Assembly: GCF_006345805.1 (NCBI RefSeq)
Contig: NC_042998.1
Coordinates: 171,864,001 to 171,928,000 of the forward strand
DNA: 64,000 bases
Source of the DNA: Octopus sinensis
Lineage: Eukaryota
Direction: 5' to 3'
The translations under genes and the position numbers were made by a program. Of this stretch, positions 9,650 through 22,890 are shown in pieces. Each line of letters opens with the position of its first letter. The stretch's first letter is position 1. The notes beneath the pieces were generated by a model that was not told where the DNA came from, did no database searches, and worked only from the letters and a program-made list of their open reading frames with translations.

Positions 9650-12600
9650 ATTCATAAGTTCACAAAAAATCGAAATTAAGTCTTGGAGTCTTTTCATCGG
9701 TTTACAATGAACATTGAAACAAAATTCGAACAAATTACAACTCAAATGCTCAAATTTATTGGTGACTGAATAATATATTAAATTTTACGTAGGACCTACA
9801 TATACACCTACTCATAACTAACATAGATAAAGTGTAAATAAGTCATTGCTCTGATAGACTGTAGTAGCATCAGGCAAAGACATTTAACTTTAACTTGACA
9901 TAAGACAACCAAAGATTCTTTTTGTAATATCTCGACTTGCTACAATGAGCAGAAAATCTCCCTCAAATAGAAATTTGTTTGGATTGGTACAAAAGGACTT
10001 TGAGTAACTTCATCAAAACTGACCATGTTGCAAGCATTCAGATCAATAACTCCGATTCCATAACCACCTACGTTTTTACTTTAGATGTTCAGGTTGAGCA
10101 TCAGTCACATCAATCTCAGTCTTTTGGGAGCACCAGTGAAGAACATGGACATGACTGTCTAACTCTGCTGAACAAAATAATACAAAAAGCAACAGCTACC
10201 GTCTTAAAGGAGAATGTCACCTGATAACGGAGTCCTAGGTACATTAGGTTTGAAAAATAAACGAGACTGTCATCTCTGGAATGTCATTTATTATAGGTCT
10301 GCTCGATCAGGTACAATTTGGGACAAAGCACAACAACCTGAAATAGTTAATCCATCTTTGGAGAAGACTCGTGTGTATTTGGTGGTGGTGGTGGTGGTGG
10401 GAAGGTAAGTGCTTAAATCTAGCATTAGGAGCCATCAAAACACTCATCTATCAAACAATGTTGCCATTATTTTCAGTGACGTGCTGTACAAGTCATGGAG
10501 CTTATTTACAGTGAAGTCAGCTAAGCCATATGTAAGTTGAGTTGAACCGCGGACAAATGCTTTGTTTGCCTGTCTCATGCACTGGTGATTCAGTTAGCTA
10601 AGGCTCAAAGCAAACTGATAAAAGTTAAGGCTGAATGTATCAATAAAATATTCTCAAAATTTGTTTCCAAGCAAATGACTCAGAATCATTTAGTTCTTGG
10701 TGTAGAAGGGTAAAAGAAAAATATCGTTTTTTGATTTCTATCTTACATTATTGTAAACCTTATACTAGAGAGAAATAATATATGGACGTCATATACCAAC
10801 CAGAAACAGAAACAACAACAATGATAATCATATGTGAAGAAAAAAAGACACTTAACAGAGAACAGGGCTTCCGGATATATGAACAACTTCTGAAACAGCT
10901 GTTTGGAGAGAATTTGTTGGAGGATTAAAACTAACAGTGTGAATAACATAAAACTGATACACCAAAGAACACTTCCTATTTTATAATGATAACCACGCCT
11001 CCAGTATTTTCAGTTTCAGGTAAGGCATACAGGCATCTTAACAAAGTGGTTTGATTTGAGCTTTAACAAAATTAATAATTTCCTCCGATGATGGAAATGC
11101 TTATTTTCGCAAAATAAATATCTCTTCGAGTAATCTAACGATTTAAACAATAGGTTCTGTTTACCAACGCTATGTTCACTGAAATAATTTTGAAGGAGGA
11201 TAAACTAAACAAACATTCTTAATTTTCTTTTATTTTTTAAAATTCGGGTCGCTTTTTTCAATTCAAAAAAATACGTCAGCCATTTTTTATGATGGATATA
11301 TATTTTAGATGAGACCTTAAAAGTGCAACGACATTTATGGTGGAGCATTATGAGTACAGAGTATTTAGGGGGCAGTAGGTCATCAGTTGACCTATAAGAA
11401 TTAAGCTTGTGCTATCAGCAGTAAACATCTGAATATTTCAATAAGTATACTATTTTCGTTTCATCTCCTATTTCAGTAAGGCCTACAATTTCAATGAGCT
11501 GCTGAGATTGAACGTATTTTAGAATTCTCTTTTGGAACTAACATTAATATCTACGATTTATGTTGAAATTTATTTACTTCATCACAAAAGTCGCCTGTAT
11601 ATAATTATGGTTTTATTTCATTTAAATATTAGTTGTTTCTTGAATTACTATAAATATTGATTTCTTATATTTGCATAAAACCACAAATTTCTAGATAAGA
11701 GTGCACGAATTAATTTCGGCATTGGAGTGACTCTTTGATGTTAATGATATTTATTTCATAAACTTCGGATAATTAAGAACAGAAGCTTATTTCGATGGCA
11801 TTTAAATTCAAAACGAATCGGAAAACAACGAAAGAGACACTCGGTTGTTTGTTGTTGTCATTGTAGTTCATGGCTCTTGAAGTCTTATGGTCAATGAATT
11901 CTAGTTCTGAACATCCTATATTTTTCGCCAGAGGTAGGAATATATTAACTATCTTATGTGTTTTTATGTATTTTTTAAAGACAGAGAATTCTTTGAGGGA
12001 GAATCAGCTAATATTTCTAGCAGGTAAGAGGGCCAATTTTGGGAGCAGTTCCAGTTTCTTACAGCTCTGAGCCTCTATCAACTCATAATAGTTTTTGACT
12101 GCTGAGGCTCTGCTGCTCTGACACTGGACACAGTGACGTTCTATCGTGAGAATACAAATCGCAAATTCTTCGTTTGGTTGTTCGGACACCCTATCGATTT
12201 CATCAATTGTGATTTCATGCAAAATTGATTTAGGAAAGGTCAAAACTATGCGTGCATGTGTAGCACCCTTTTCCTCCACCGACTTGTCTCGTCTATCTTC
12301 CAATGAAGTATTCTAACTGAAGAGATAAGAGATAATGACTTGCGGATGGAGCTACTTGATGTAAGCCAAATGGTAAACTATAAGAGAAATAAATACAAAA
12401 TTAAGATGAGAATAATGCGTCGTTCCTGAACATAGACAGGTAACGACCATACCTTCTATTAGCACTGTCAACTAAAACATCAATAGTAGTATTCTGTGTA
12501 TCTTACTTATCATATACACCAACGAAGTCTGATTACGGAGTTTAAAATAATCTGATTTGATATAACGTGGTTCCTGCTGCGTAAAAAAAAATAAGAGTAA

Positions 12601-12915
12601 GGATTTGGAATTAAATGAATGATTCAAATGACTTTTGATAGTGTCAAATATCAATTATATGATGAATAGTATACAGTATAAAAAAATCTTTCTTGTCAGG
12701 CATTATGTTTTTTAATATATTCACACAGGATATATCATTTACAGTTGGTGCTGTGTGGATTTAATTCAGCGTGAGCCACGACGCAGACCTGGTTATAACA
12801 CTGTTCCAATATTGTTAAGTTTATTTGTAACACCCACCGTGAGACCAAATTGACGATACTAATAATGCCTTCTCTTACGCAAAGATTCATCCTCAGCTCT
12901 GTATAAAGCTCCAGC

Positions 12916-13233
12916 GAAGGCATGTAGCTTAGTGGTTAGGGTATTTGGCTTACGATCGTTGGGTCATGAGTTCAATTCTCAGCGGCACATTGTGTCCTTG
13001 AGCTAGACACTTTATTTCATATTGCTCCAGTTCACTCAGCTGGCAAGAATGTGTTACATCTGAAATTCAAAGTGCTAGCCTTGTCACATTCTGTGTCACG
13101 CTGAATCTCCCCGAGAACCACGTTAAGGGTTTCGTGTCTGCGGAGAGCTCAGCCACTTTCACGTTGATTTCACGAGCAGGCTGTTCTGTCGATCGGATCA
13201 ACTGGAATCCTCGTTACTGTAACCGATGGAGTG
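12916..13233 (+). mobile_element. tRNA-derived SINE, family E (own head, tail shared with family D)
   Basis: A-box-like TAGCTTAGTGG, B-box-like GAGTTCAATTC; the tail from about 13057 aligns with 59915-60090. Confidence 0.7.
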
Positions 13234-13576
13234 TAATTTTTTTTTATAAAGTTCTAAATTACATGCCAGCTTCCACCCATTTTAGTTTATATAACCGAGT
13301 GTTTTATTCTCTTCCTTTTATGTGTTATTTTGGTAGAAAAATGTGGTTAGGAAGCATATTCAATACCTTTCACAGCGATCAATGCACTCTTATCCAGTTC
13401 ACCAATCATTACGAATATTCCTTTTAGCAATTTGGTGTGTTGAAATAGTATAAAAGTTTGTTAAAAAAATTATTTCTTTAAGAACGAAAACGTGTAAGAA
13501 TTAAGGACCAAGGATTTTGATACTAGATTTTGTTTATTGGCCAATGCATACATTATCAAAGAAAAAAATATTTGTA

Positions 13577-13733
13577 CGTGGCTGTGTGGTAAGAAGTTCG
13601 TTTCCCAACCCCATAGTTCCGGGCTCAGTCACACAGCATGGCATCTTGGGCAATAGTCTTCTGCTATAACCTTGGGCCGACCAAAGCCTTGTAAATGGAT
13701 TTGGCAGACGGAAACTAAAAGAAGCCTGTTACA

Positions 13734-13772
<39 letters not shown>

Positions 13773-13980
13773 ACCGACTAACAACCGGTGATTGCGTGTT
13801 TATACCCCCATAACTTTGCTGTTCGGCAAAAGAGATCGACAGAATAAGTACCAAGCTTAAAAAATAGTAATAATAAGTAGCGGGGTTGATTCATTCGACT
13901 AAAAGTTCCTCAGGGCGGTGCTCCAGCATGGCCGCAGTCTAATGACTGAAACAAGTAGAAGAAACGGAAAAGATAAAAGA
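13577..13980 (+). mobile_element. Family C SINE
   Basis: Same head, core and tail as 9234-9649, with an internal (CA)n. Confidence 0.8.
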
Positions 13981-14489
13981 GTAGTCTGTCAGAGGGATCC
14001 TGAGCATTGCATAATTTTGTAGTTGGTTACAAAACCACTAAACAATGTTGTATAACGCATCCCTTTACTGTCATTTTCGAATTCTTTGATATATGAAGAT
14101 ACTCCTGATTGGGCACCCTTTAATAACGAATGACACAACGCTTATATTAATAAAAGAAACCTTGGATAAAAATTAAATCCAATGCAAATTAATATCGCTC
14201 GATCTGTTTACAACAGCAGCCATATTTTTCTTAAGCCACAAAAAGGGAAGCACATACATAATGTAGGAAAGCTATTTTGGGACTTGCAGTACATGCTAGC
14301 AAACATAATTATGATCGCTCTTCGGGTTTCTTATGTCGGATTAGGTAGTGGAAACTATAATTGTTAATCAATCACAGCAATTCGTAGATCCAAATAATGA
14401 CATTATTCATACGTAGACTACTGAAAGAAGATGAATGATGGCTAAGAAAAATGCAACGACTACAGAACACGTATTCGCAAATCTAATCA

Positions 14490-16530
14490 CCGTATATGCT
14501 GGCGTATAAGTCGATCTTTAAAATTCTGAGGTATAGTACAGGTTTATGCTTATTTTCACAGGATAAGACGATCCACCCCCACAAAATTGTTGTAAAATAA
14601 AATACGTGTGAAGAAATTAATACAATTTGTAAAATTTTATAAGTTTGTTTCAAAGATACTAAAATTACTTCTTTATTATTATTAAAGCATGTTACCATTT
14701 TAAAAGCCTTCAAATTCCACCTCCTCCTTATCATCTGACATAAACATTAATGTATCGTCAATCATAGTATATAGTTTAATTCATCACCATCAGTAGAGCC
14801 ATCATCATCATCATCATTATTTTGCCATCATCACCTTCATGCCATCTATTGAATTTGATATTCCATATTTTTAAAAATGATTTGATAAGTTTGTGCTTTA
14901 ACCGAATCTTACGGTCTTCAGCCATCCACTTGTTCGTTCCACATCTAACGGCTGGAGGACAGATGTTAATCCCCCCAGGTATAACGGAAATTTCGGGGAT
15001 ACTTCTTTGCAAGTGTTTTTTAGTGTGGGTCGCCAGGTGTGATTTAAACATGTCCAACACGAAAAGACTGCGCACTTTACGAAGGCCTCTTGGTCGTTGA
15101 TTCCAAACCTTTTCTATCCATAGCTTCACACCATTTTCATCCATCCACCCTCAAGGGTGGACGTAAACGAACACACCCGGCGGGAATTATTTTTTGGCCA
15201 TTAATTTCCGTTTAGATATAACCATAGGTTTTAGCTTCGTTTCATCAGCCACGCAGGAGAGTACAACAGTGAATTTTGCTTTTTCGTGCCCTGCACGTTT
15301 TAAAGTAACAGTTTTTACTCGTTTTACATCTGCAATTTTGATGCTAATCATATCAAAATTTACTGGGAGTTTCATCCATACTACCAACTTGTGATAAAGG
15401 GAAATTGTTTTATTTTCTCAAGCCAATAACTTAACTATGGAAACTTATAATTTTGGCATTAAGGTCTTCTGGTAACCTCTGGCTATTCTTGTCTTTTCAC
15501 GCAACACTAGGCTTTTCCTATTCATGAATTTGGTGCACCAACTCGCTCATCCCACAAAATGTTTTCAGGGGTGACTTTGGCGAACTTACGGGCAAAATTG
15601 CATACGACATTTCTAATTACAACATAGCCATTTTGACGTGTTTCCAGTTCCCATTCTTCCACATGCTCTTTGAGAGATTTTCGTATACAAATGCTGGTTC
15701 TCATGGCACAGTTTTTCTTGGCATTCCCTTTAAAGACACTTCAATCTTTCTCTAATCACAAACCAACTTCTCTAGCGGCTGCACAATTATTTAGGGGGAA
15801 GCACTCCGTCGGTTACGACGACGAGGGTTCCGGTTGATCCGAATCAACGGAACAGCCTGCTCGTGAAATTAACGTGTAAGTGGCTGAGCACTCCACAGAC
15901 ACGTGTGCCCTTAACGTAGTTCTCGGGGATATTCAGCGTGACACAGAGAGTGACAAGGCCGGCCCTTTGAAATACAGGTACAACAGAAGCAGGAAGTTAG
16001 AGTGAGAGAAAGTTGTGGTGAAAGAGTACAGCAGGGATCACCACCATCCCCTGCCGGAGCCTCGTGGAGCTTCTTTAGGTGTTTTGGTTCAATAAACACT
16101 CACAACGCCCGGTCTGGGAATCGAAACCGCGATCCTATGACCGCGAGTCCGCTGCCCTAACCACTGGGCCATTGCGCCTCCACTGCACAATTATTAGAGC
16201 CCTTTGCAAATTCTATAACTTTTATTTTGAACCCACAGTCATACTTCCGTCTTTTTTCACTGGGTGCCATGGTTAAATTTTCTGCTAATATTTTCACAGC
16301 TACGTATACAAATTCGAGTTTACTAATGGTATCTGGTATAGACGTTAGTGCTAGCTGGCTAGGATACATACCATTAAATGTACCTATCGGTATCTATAGG
16401 GGCCTGTAGGTAATTAAAGTAGTTTGGTAGTTTAGTAGTTTCAAAATCTGTACTATAGTTTGAAGTGTGTATGAACCCATAGTTCAACAGCTGGCCGCTT
16501 GGTGTATGTTTTTGGCTGAGATATACGAGC
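14490..16530 (-). mobile_element. pogo-family (POGK-like) DNA transposon remnant, split by a SINE
   Basis: Minus peptides MAPSEKRRKYDCGFKIKVIEFAKGSNNCA (Brinker-type DNA-binding domain), SLKEHVEEW..RQNGYVV (CENP-B/Tc5 HTH), GHEKAKFTVVLSC..KLKPMVI, HPQGWMDENGVKLWIEKVW..LFVLDMFKSH..VIPGG (DDE_1); TIR-like CCGTATATGCTGGCGTATAAG at 14490; frameshifted. Confidence 0.8.
15792..16182 (-). mobile_element. tRNA(Arg)-like SINE, family D, with 13-bp TSD
   Basis: Head GGAGGCGCAATGGCCCAGTGGTTAGGGCAGCGGACTCGCGG..GGTTTCGATTCCC; TSD CTGCACAATTATT at 15779-15791 and 16183-16195. Confidence 0.9.
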
Positions 16531-17039
16531 AAGAGGAGAGTGACTTCATATTTCAATATTTAAACTAAAGGCGGCGAACTTGGTGGAATCGTTTGCACAC
16601 CAGGCGAAATGCTTAGCGGCATTTCGTTCGTCTTCACGATCTGAGTTCAAATTCCGCCGAAGTCGACTTTACCTTTCATCCTTTCGGGGTCAATATATCA
16701 AATACCAGTCCAGCACTGGGGTCGATGTAATCGACTTTCGTTTCCATCGAAATTGCTAACCTTGTGCCAAAATTGGAAATCAATATTTAAACAACTAAAG
16801 AATTCGATGATGAAAACAAATCCACGAAACCTGGGCTAACAAATATTTTTGTTTTCTGAAACATAATAAGTAAAAACATTGAAATATAAGTAATTAGTAG
16901 ATCTTAGCCCTGGGCATTGGTAAGGTGACGATTCTTACGCTGGGATAACCCGGAGTTATTAATCTTTAGGAGACTACACCTGGGTTAATAGTTTTTCACC
17001 GGGAGTTAGTGTGGGACTAGAGCACACACATTTTACCGA

Positions 17040-17245
17040 TAGGTCGCCACCATCAAAACCAATACGATTATCACTACCACTATAATACATTCTCTACCGG
17101 CACTACCACAGCCATCACCAACACCACTACCATTATTATCACCACCATCATAACCTCTAACACCACTAGCATCGGGGCAAGTATCACCATCAATATTACC
17201 CCCCACTAACACCTCAAACAGCTCTACTACAATACATCTACCTTT
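17040..17245. repeat. (ACC/ATC)-rich low-complexity tract
   Basis: Imperfect CAC/CAT trinucleotide repeats; explains ORF 17033..17302. Confidence 0.7.
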
Positions 17246-17508
17246 ATTACCAATCAATATACTCTCTTTGGGGTCACTCACCCTGCAAGGAACCGCAGAC
17301 AAATCTTGCTCAAATCATACAGTGCTTTCTTACATGAGAAATATGTATTAGAATGTGATCCCTGATATAGAAAAATGCAAGGTGTTGGCTGGAACGCTTT
17401 TACTGCTAGGGTTGCACGATCAGGTCTGACCTGGGCTAAACAGCAATAACACCGCTACTGCTAAAATAAGACATTTAGATCATATTTTGTAGAAAATTAC
17501 TTATTACC

Positions 17509-17810
17509 GGAGGCGCAATGGCCCAGTGGTTAGAGTAGCGGACTCGCGGTCGTAGGATCGCGGTTTCGATTCCCAGACCGGGCATTGTGAGTGTTTATTG
17601 AGCGAAAACACCTAAAACTCCACGAGACTCCGTCAGGCGGGGTGGCGATCCCTGCTGTACTCTTTCGCCACAACGTTCTCTCACTCTTTCTTCTGTTGGC
17701 CTGCTCGCTTAGCCAGCAGGGTGGCGTCATTTGAATGCTAAAACAATGCGAAGCGCATTGTAACCAGCGATGTGTAGCAACATCTGATAACCTGGTCAGT
17801 CACGGTGATC
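17509..17810 (+). mobile_element. Family D-headed SINE with a different tail, 10-bp TSD
   Basis: Head nearly identical to 59713; diverges after ..CTCTCACTCT; TSD ACTTATTACC at 17499-17508 and 17811-17820. Confidence 0.9.
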
Positions 17811-19359
17811 ACTTATTACCATTTCAGTTAATTTTAGAACATGGTTTATATTTTTCTTTAAACTTTTACGATACTAACGCATAACACAAAGGAATAGATT
17901 TACGATATTCTAATTGTACAAATTATATTTATTGGGATATGGGGTGACGATTCTTTTTGCAGGGCAGATCGAATTTCTCTGTTGGCTATTATGGTGTGGC
18001 GATTCTTCAGTAACACAACCGTTTATTTTTCTCAAAAAAAAAAAAAAAAAAAAAAAAGAAAATCGTAAGATTTTGGCCCCCCCCCCACGCCCCGATCTAT
18101 CAATTAAATTTGTAACAAGCAGATTTCTACACAATTTGGTGTTAGGAAATTGTTATTATTTCGTCCCCAGTCGACCATTATCAATCATAGTTATGACCAA
18201 AGGCACTCAATTCGCGACCATCCCGCCTTTTTTCGCTACTTTGGAGAGTAGACTACAATATCCTGAATAACTATTTTAAAAGACGATGTGATGTAATTTG
18301 AGAGAGATTCGACGGTTATTTCTGGCATTTTAGGTGTCTTTAGTGGGGGATGGGGCATTCTGTTGCAAGCATCCGGGCTACGTTTCCGTTTTGAGGATGC
18401 CTTCCTTGTTTCTTCACATCACTCTGAAGCCCTCTAAAGGGTCATGAGCACACAACCTTTCCCGCCTGTTTAAAAGATAAAAAACAAAACAAAATAAAAG
18501 CGCACACGCTCTCCCGTTGGCTCGCCTTACAGGAAGTAGGCAACCTAGGTGAACGACAAGAAACTAGGCGTTGTGTCCACGGGAAAATATACGAAACCAA
18601 AGCTATCTTCAGTTCTTGATCGGATTTGGGAGACATGTGGCAATTGTTAGCAAGCATGGGCTAACACGAACAATGCCTAACTCATATAAGTGAGAAGGAG
18701 ATAGAAAATGAAACTGAAAAAGAGACACATACAGAAAAAGAAGTTCCACCATGGGACTTTAATGAAATGATATCAATATGGTATAATATATTTATTCCAG
18801 CAATCTTTGCGAATTATTTGATATAAAATTTCTTTTGAGCAAATTATAATTTAATCAATGATAATTTCATATGGATGTTTATTATATTTTGTCTCATGGC
18901 AGATTTTGTATTTTCTGGATTGCGCAAAATTATAATGAATTAGTGAAAAAAAATGTATAGTTTGAAAAACAATGCATGTCGGCTGCGTAAATGTAAACGA
19001 TAAATTAAACAAGACATGCTTTGAAATGCTCATATTAAAATATACTAATGTTACCAGATTGACTACTTCATACCCTCACACACGCAGACAAATGTGTGTG
19101 TGTGTGTGTGTGTGATACTGAAGTTAATAATCAACAACCGCCACTGGAATTCGAGAGTGATTCCGTTAATTGTTTCAGGTGTCTGTGTAGTTGTAAACAC
19201 ATACAAACACCTTTTCGCGGAATGAAATGACTGGGTGCGGCTGTTTGAACGCTGGTGTCCAGTCAGCCGGCACAGCTGACCAGACATTCAACCTGTTTTG
19301 GTGATAGTACTTTTTGGCACTGGAAGCAAACACACACACACACACATGCGCGCAGAAAT

Positions 19360-19402
<43 letters not shown>

Positions 19403-19747
19403 AAATTGGAGAGAAAGAAAAACGTTAAAACATCTGACGTCACACAGGCGGCACCAAAACAGTTGCTTTGATCGTCTCATATCCACCCTCTCAGCATTCC
19501 CTCAATCGACCCTGCAAAACGTCTAGATATGAAAGCTGATGTGGAGAGGGCAGCACCAGAATTCAGCTGCTCCTCATTTAGGGAGCAATTGGAAAAATAG
19601 TGGCCTAGCTCAGTGTTTCTGAAAACTTTTTTGCTCAACGCCTCACTTCGATTTTTCTCCAAAAAATCTACTCCTACATGAATGGACAAAGTACATAGTA
19701 TGTGTGTATGTATGTGTGTGTGCGTGCGTGCGGGTGTACGTGCGTAT

Positions 19748-20160
19748 ATATTCTCTTTACTACCCATAAGGGGCTAAACATAGAGGGGACAAACAAGGAC
19801 AGACAAAGGGATAAATTCGATTACATCGACCCCAGTGCGAAACTGGTACTTTATTTATCGACCCGGAAAGGATGAAAGGCAAAGTCGACCTCGGCGGAAT
19901 TTGAACTCAGAACGTAACGACAGACGAAATACCTATTTATTACCCACAAGGGACTAAACACAGAGGGGACAAACAAAGACAGACATAGGTATTAAGTCGA
20001 TTACATCGACCCCAGTGCGTAACTGGTACTTTATTTATCGACCCGGAAAGGATGAAAGGCAAAGTCGACCTCGGCAGAATTTGAACTCAGAACGTAACGA
20101 CAGACGAAATACCGCTAAGCATTTCGCCCAGCGCGTTAACGTTTCTACCAGCTCGCCGCC
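19748..20160 (-). mobile_element. Dimeric family A SINE
   Basis: Two tandem units; junction at 19933/19934 matches that at 3253/3254. Confidence 0.85.
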
Positions 20161-20422
20161 GTATACGTAGGCGCAAGCGTGGCTGTGTAGTAAGAAGTTT
20201 GCTTCCCAGCCACATAGTTCCAGGTTCAGTCCCACTGCATGTCGCCTTGGGCAAGTGTTTTCTACTACATATGTGTGTATGTATGTAAACTTGGTTGGAA
20301 GTATATTCATTTGTTGCTTTCACGCACCCCATTCTAAAATAACCCATGCCCACCAAAATATCATCACGTCCATTTTGAGAAACTCAGCTAGTTGGCAAGG
20401 TCTCTTGTGTGAATGTCTAGAT

Positions 20423-20623
20423 CAGTGATTTTCAACCAGGGTTCCGCCAGTACAGTGCAGGGGTTCCGCAAGAAGTTACAAAACTGCTAAAATCGGCAGT
20501 AATTTTTAAGTCTCCTGTGCAGATATGTGTGCATAAGACTATTAAATTATTGCACAGGGGTTCCTCGAGCCAGTGGAATGTTTCCTTGGGGTTCCGCTCC
20601 AGCAAAAAGTTTGAAAAGCACTG
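20423..20623. mobile_element. hAT-family MITE (Charlie/Buster-type TSD)
   Basis: TIRs CAGTGATTTTCAAC / TTTGAAAAGCACTG; perfect 8-bp TSD GTCTAGAT at 20415-20422 and 20624-20631. Confidence 0.9.
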
Positions 20624-21657
20624 GTCTAGATTATTGATTTCTGTGTCGGAATAATCATTTCCGACTTGGTTTAGAATATCTGAGGTATTCGTCACCGAGG
20701 AAACCTAATGAGGGAACCGTATCCAGTAACCTACCGGCATTCTAAGCGAAGTCCTGTTCCTTTTTAATGTACAAATCTTTGAGAAGTTTCTGAGAGACAC
20801 TACAGCTGGTGCCTTTCTTTGGATGTATATTATGATGTTACACACACTGGAACACGCGCGCGCGCGCGCATTCAAATCTCTCGGTTCACTTTTGACTTAC
20901 ATCCTTTGGAGTCGATAAACGAAGTGACAGGACAGGCTTAAAGTTGGTAAATTTATTAGTCACACGAAGTACTTAGTAATATCACTCCCGTGTTTTGAAC
21001 TCCGAGTTCAAATATCGAGTAACACTCGGTGACTAGGCTACTCTCCCGATCATAGGAGCACCTTTGTCTTCTAACTCAAGTTAGTTGGTCAGCGCTAACA
21101 AGTTGGCAACCTACATTCAGCATTGATAAACCAGCTACCGTTTGCTGAAGTATTATCCGGCAGAGGATTAAAAAAACCCGGCTGGACAGGGGAGAGAGTG
21201 AGCGAGAGATAGAGAGGACAGAAAGGGGGAGAGAGAAACGGGGGAGGAAGGGAGAGAAGGCTATACAAACTAAAACTGCACTTAAAGAATGTGAAGAAAT
21301 GTAAGGAGTAAAATTATATACAAACCAAAATGAAAAATAAAATAACAATAATTGTTTCTGATTGAGGTACAAGGCTTAACAAATTTCAGAGGAAGTGTGT
21401 TATTCAATATTATGAGGCCATTATGTAACTGGTACTTCATTTTATCGGCTTCGGAGGGGTGAAAAAAGAAACATTTTTGACCTCGGCGGGATTTGAACTC
21501 GGAATGTAACGTAACGAAATACACTCAAAAGCAGAAAAATTGCAAAGCATTTTCCAACACCTTACCCAGTCTGTCGACTCCACACACACACACACACTCA
21601 CATACAAACACTCAAAAGACTAAAAGAATGTGTGTGTGTGTGTGTATGAACATGTAC

Positions 21658-21701
<44 letters not shown>

Positions 21702-22064
21702 ATGTATATATGTGTATGTATATATATGTGTATGTATATATATGTGTATGTATATATATGTGTATGTATATATATGTGTATGTATATATATGTGTATGTA
21801 TATATATGTGTATGTATATATATGTGTATATATATATATATGTGTGTATATATATATATATGTGTATATATATGTATATGTATATATATATGTATATATA
21901 TATGTATATGTATATATATATATATGTATATGTATATGTATATATAATATGTATATATATATATGTATATGATATATATATGTATATATATATATGTATT
22001 ATATATGTATATGTATATATATATATGTATATGTATATTATATATATATATGTATATATATATG

Positions 22065-22095
<31 letters not shown>

Positions 22096-22105
22096 GTGTG
22101 TATAT

Positions 22106-22136
<31 letters not shown>

Positions 22137-22202
22137 GTGTGTATATATATATATATATTGTGTATATATATGTATGTATATATGTGTATATATATATATA
22201 TA

Positions 22203-22265
<63 letters not shown>

Positions 22266-22269
22266 GTGT

Positions 22270-22302
<33 letters not shown>

Positions 22303-22326
22303 ATATATATATATATTATATATATA

Positions 22327-22391
<65 letters not shown>

Positions 22392-22524
22392 GTGTATATA
22401 TATATATATTATATATATATATTGTATATATATATATTATATATATATATATATGTGTAATATATATATATATATGTGTATAATATATATATATATATAT
22501 ATGTGTATATAATATATATATATA

Positions 22525-22621
<97 letters not shown>

Positions 22622-22890
22622 TATATATATATGTGTAATATATATATATATAGATATATATATATATATGTGTATATATATATGTGTAGATATATATATA
22701 TGTGTATATATATATGTGTATATATATATGTGTGTATATATATATGTGTGTATATATATATATATGTGTATATATATATATGTGATATATATATGTGTAG
22801 ATATATATATATATGTGTATATATATATATATATGTGTATATATATATATATGTGTATATATATATGTATGTATGTATACGTATATCTGA
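21658..22890. repeat. About 1.2-kb compound (TA)n/(TG) microsatellite array
   Basis: Continuous TA with TG interruptions; source of the YIYI-type ORFs. Confidence 0.95.

Noticed and set aside
11981-12023. Plus-strand AG..GTAAG-bounded 43-nt segment (also isolated donors at about 10405 and 11020)
   Set aside because: Not frame-preserving, no partner exons, and such motifs are expected by chance in 64 kb.
20855-20870. (CG)n run with Z-DNA potential (also about 49740)
   Set aside because: Short, and lies in or beside microsatellite-type sequence; no evidence of function.
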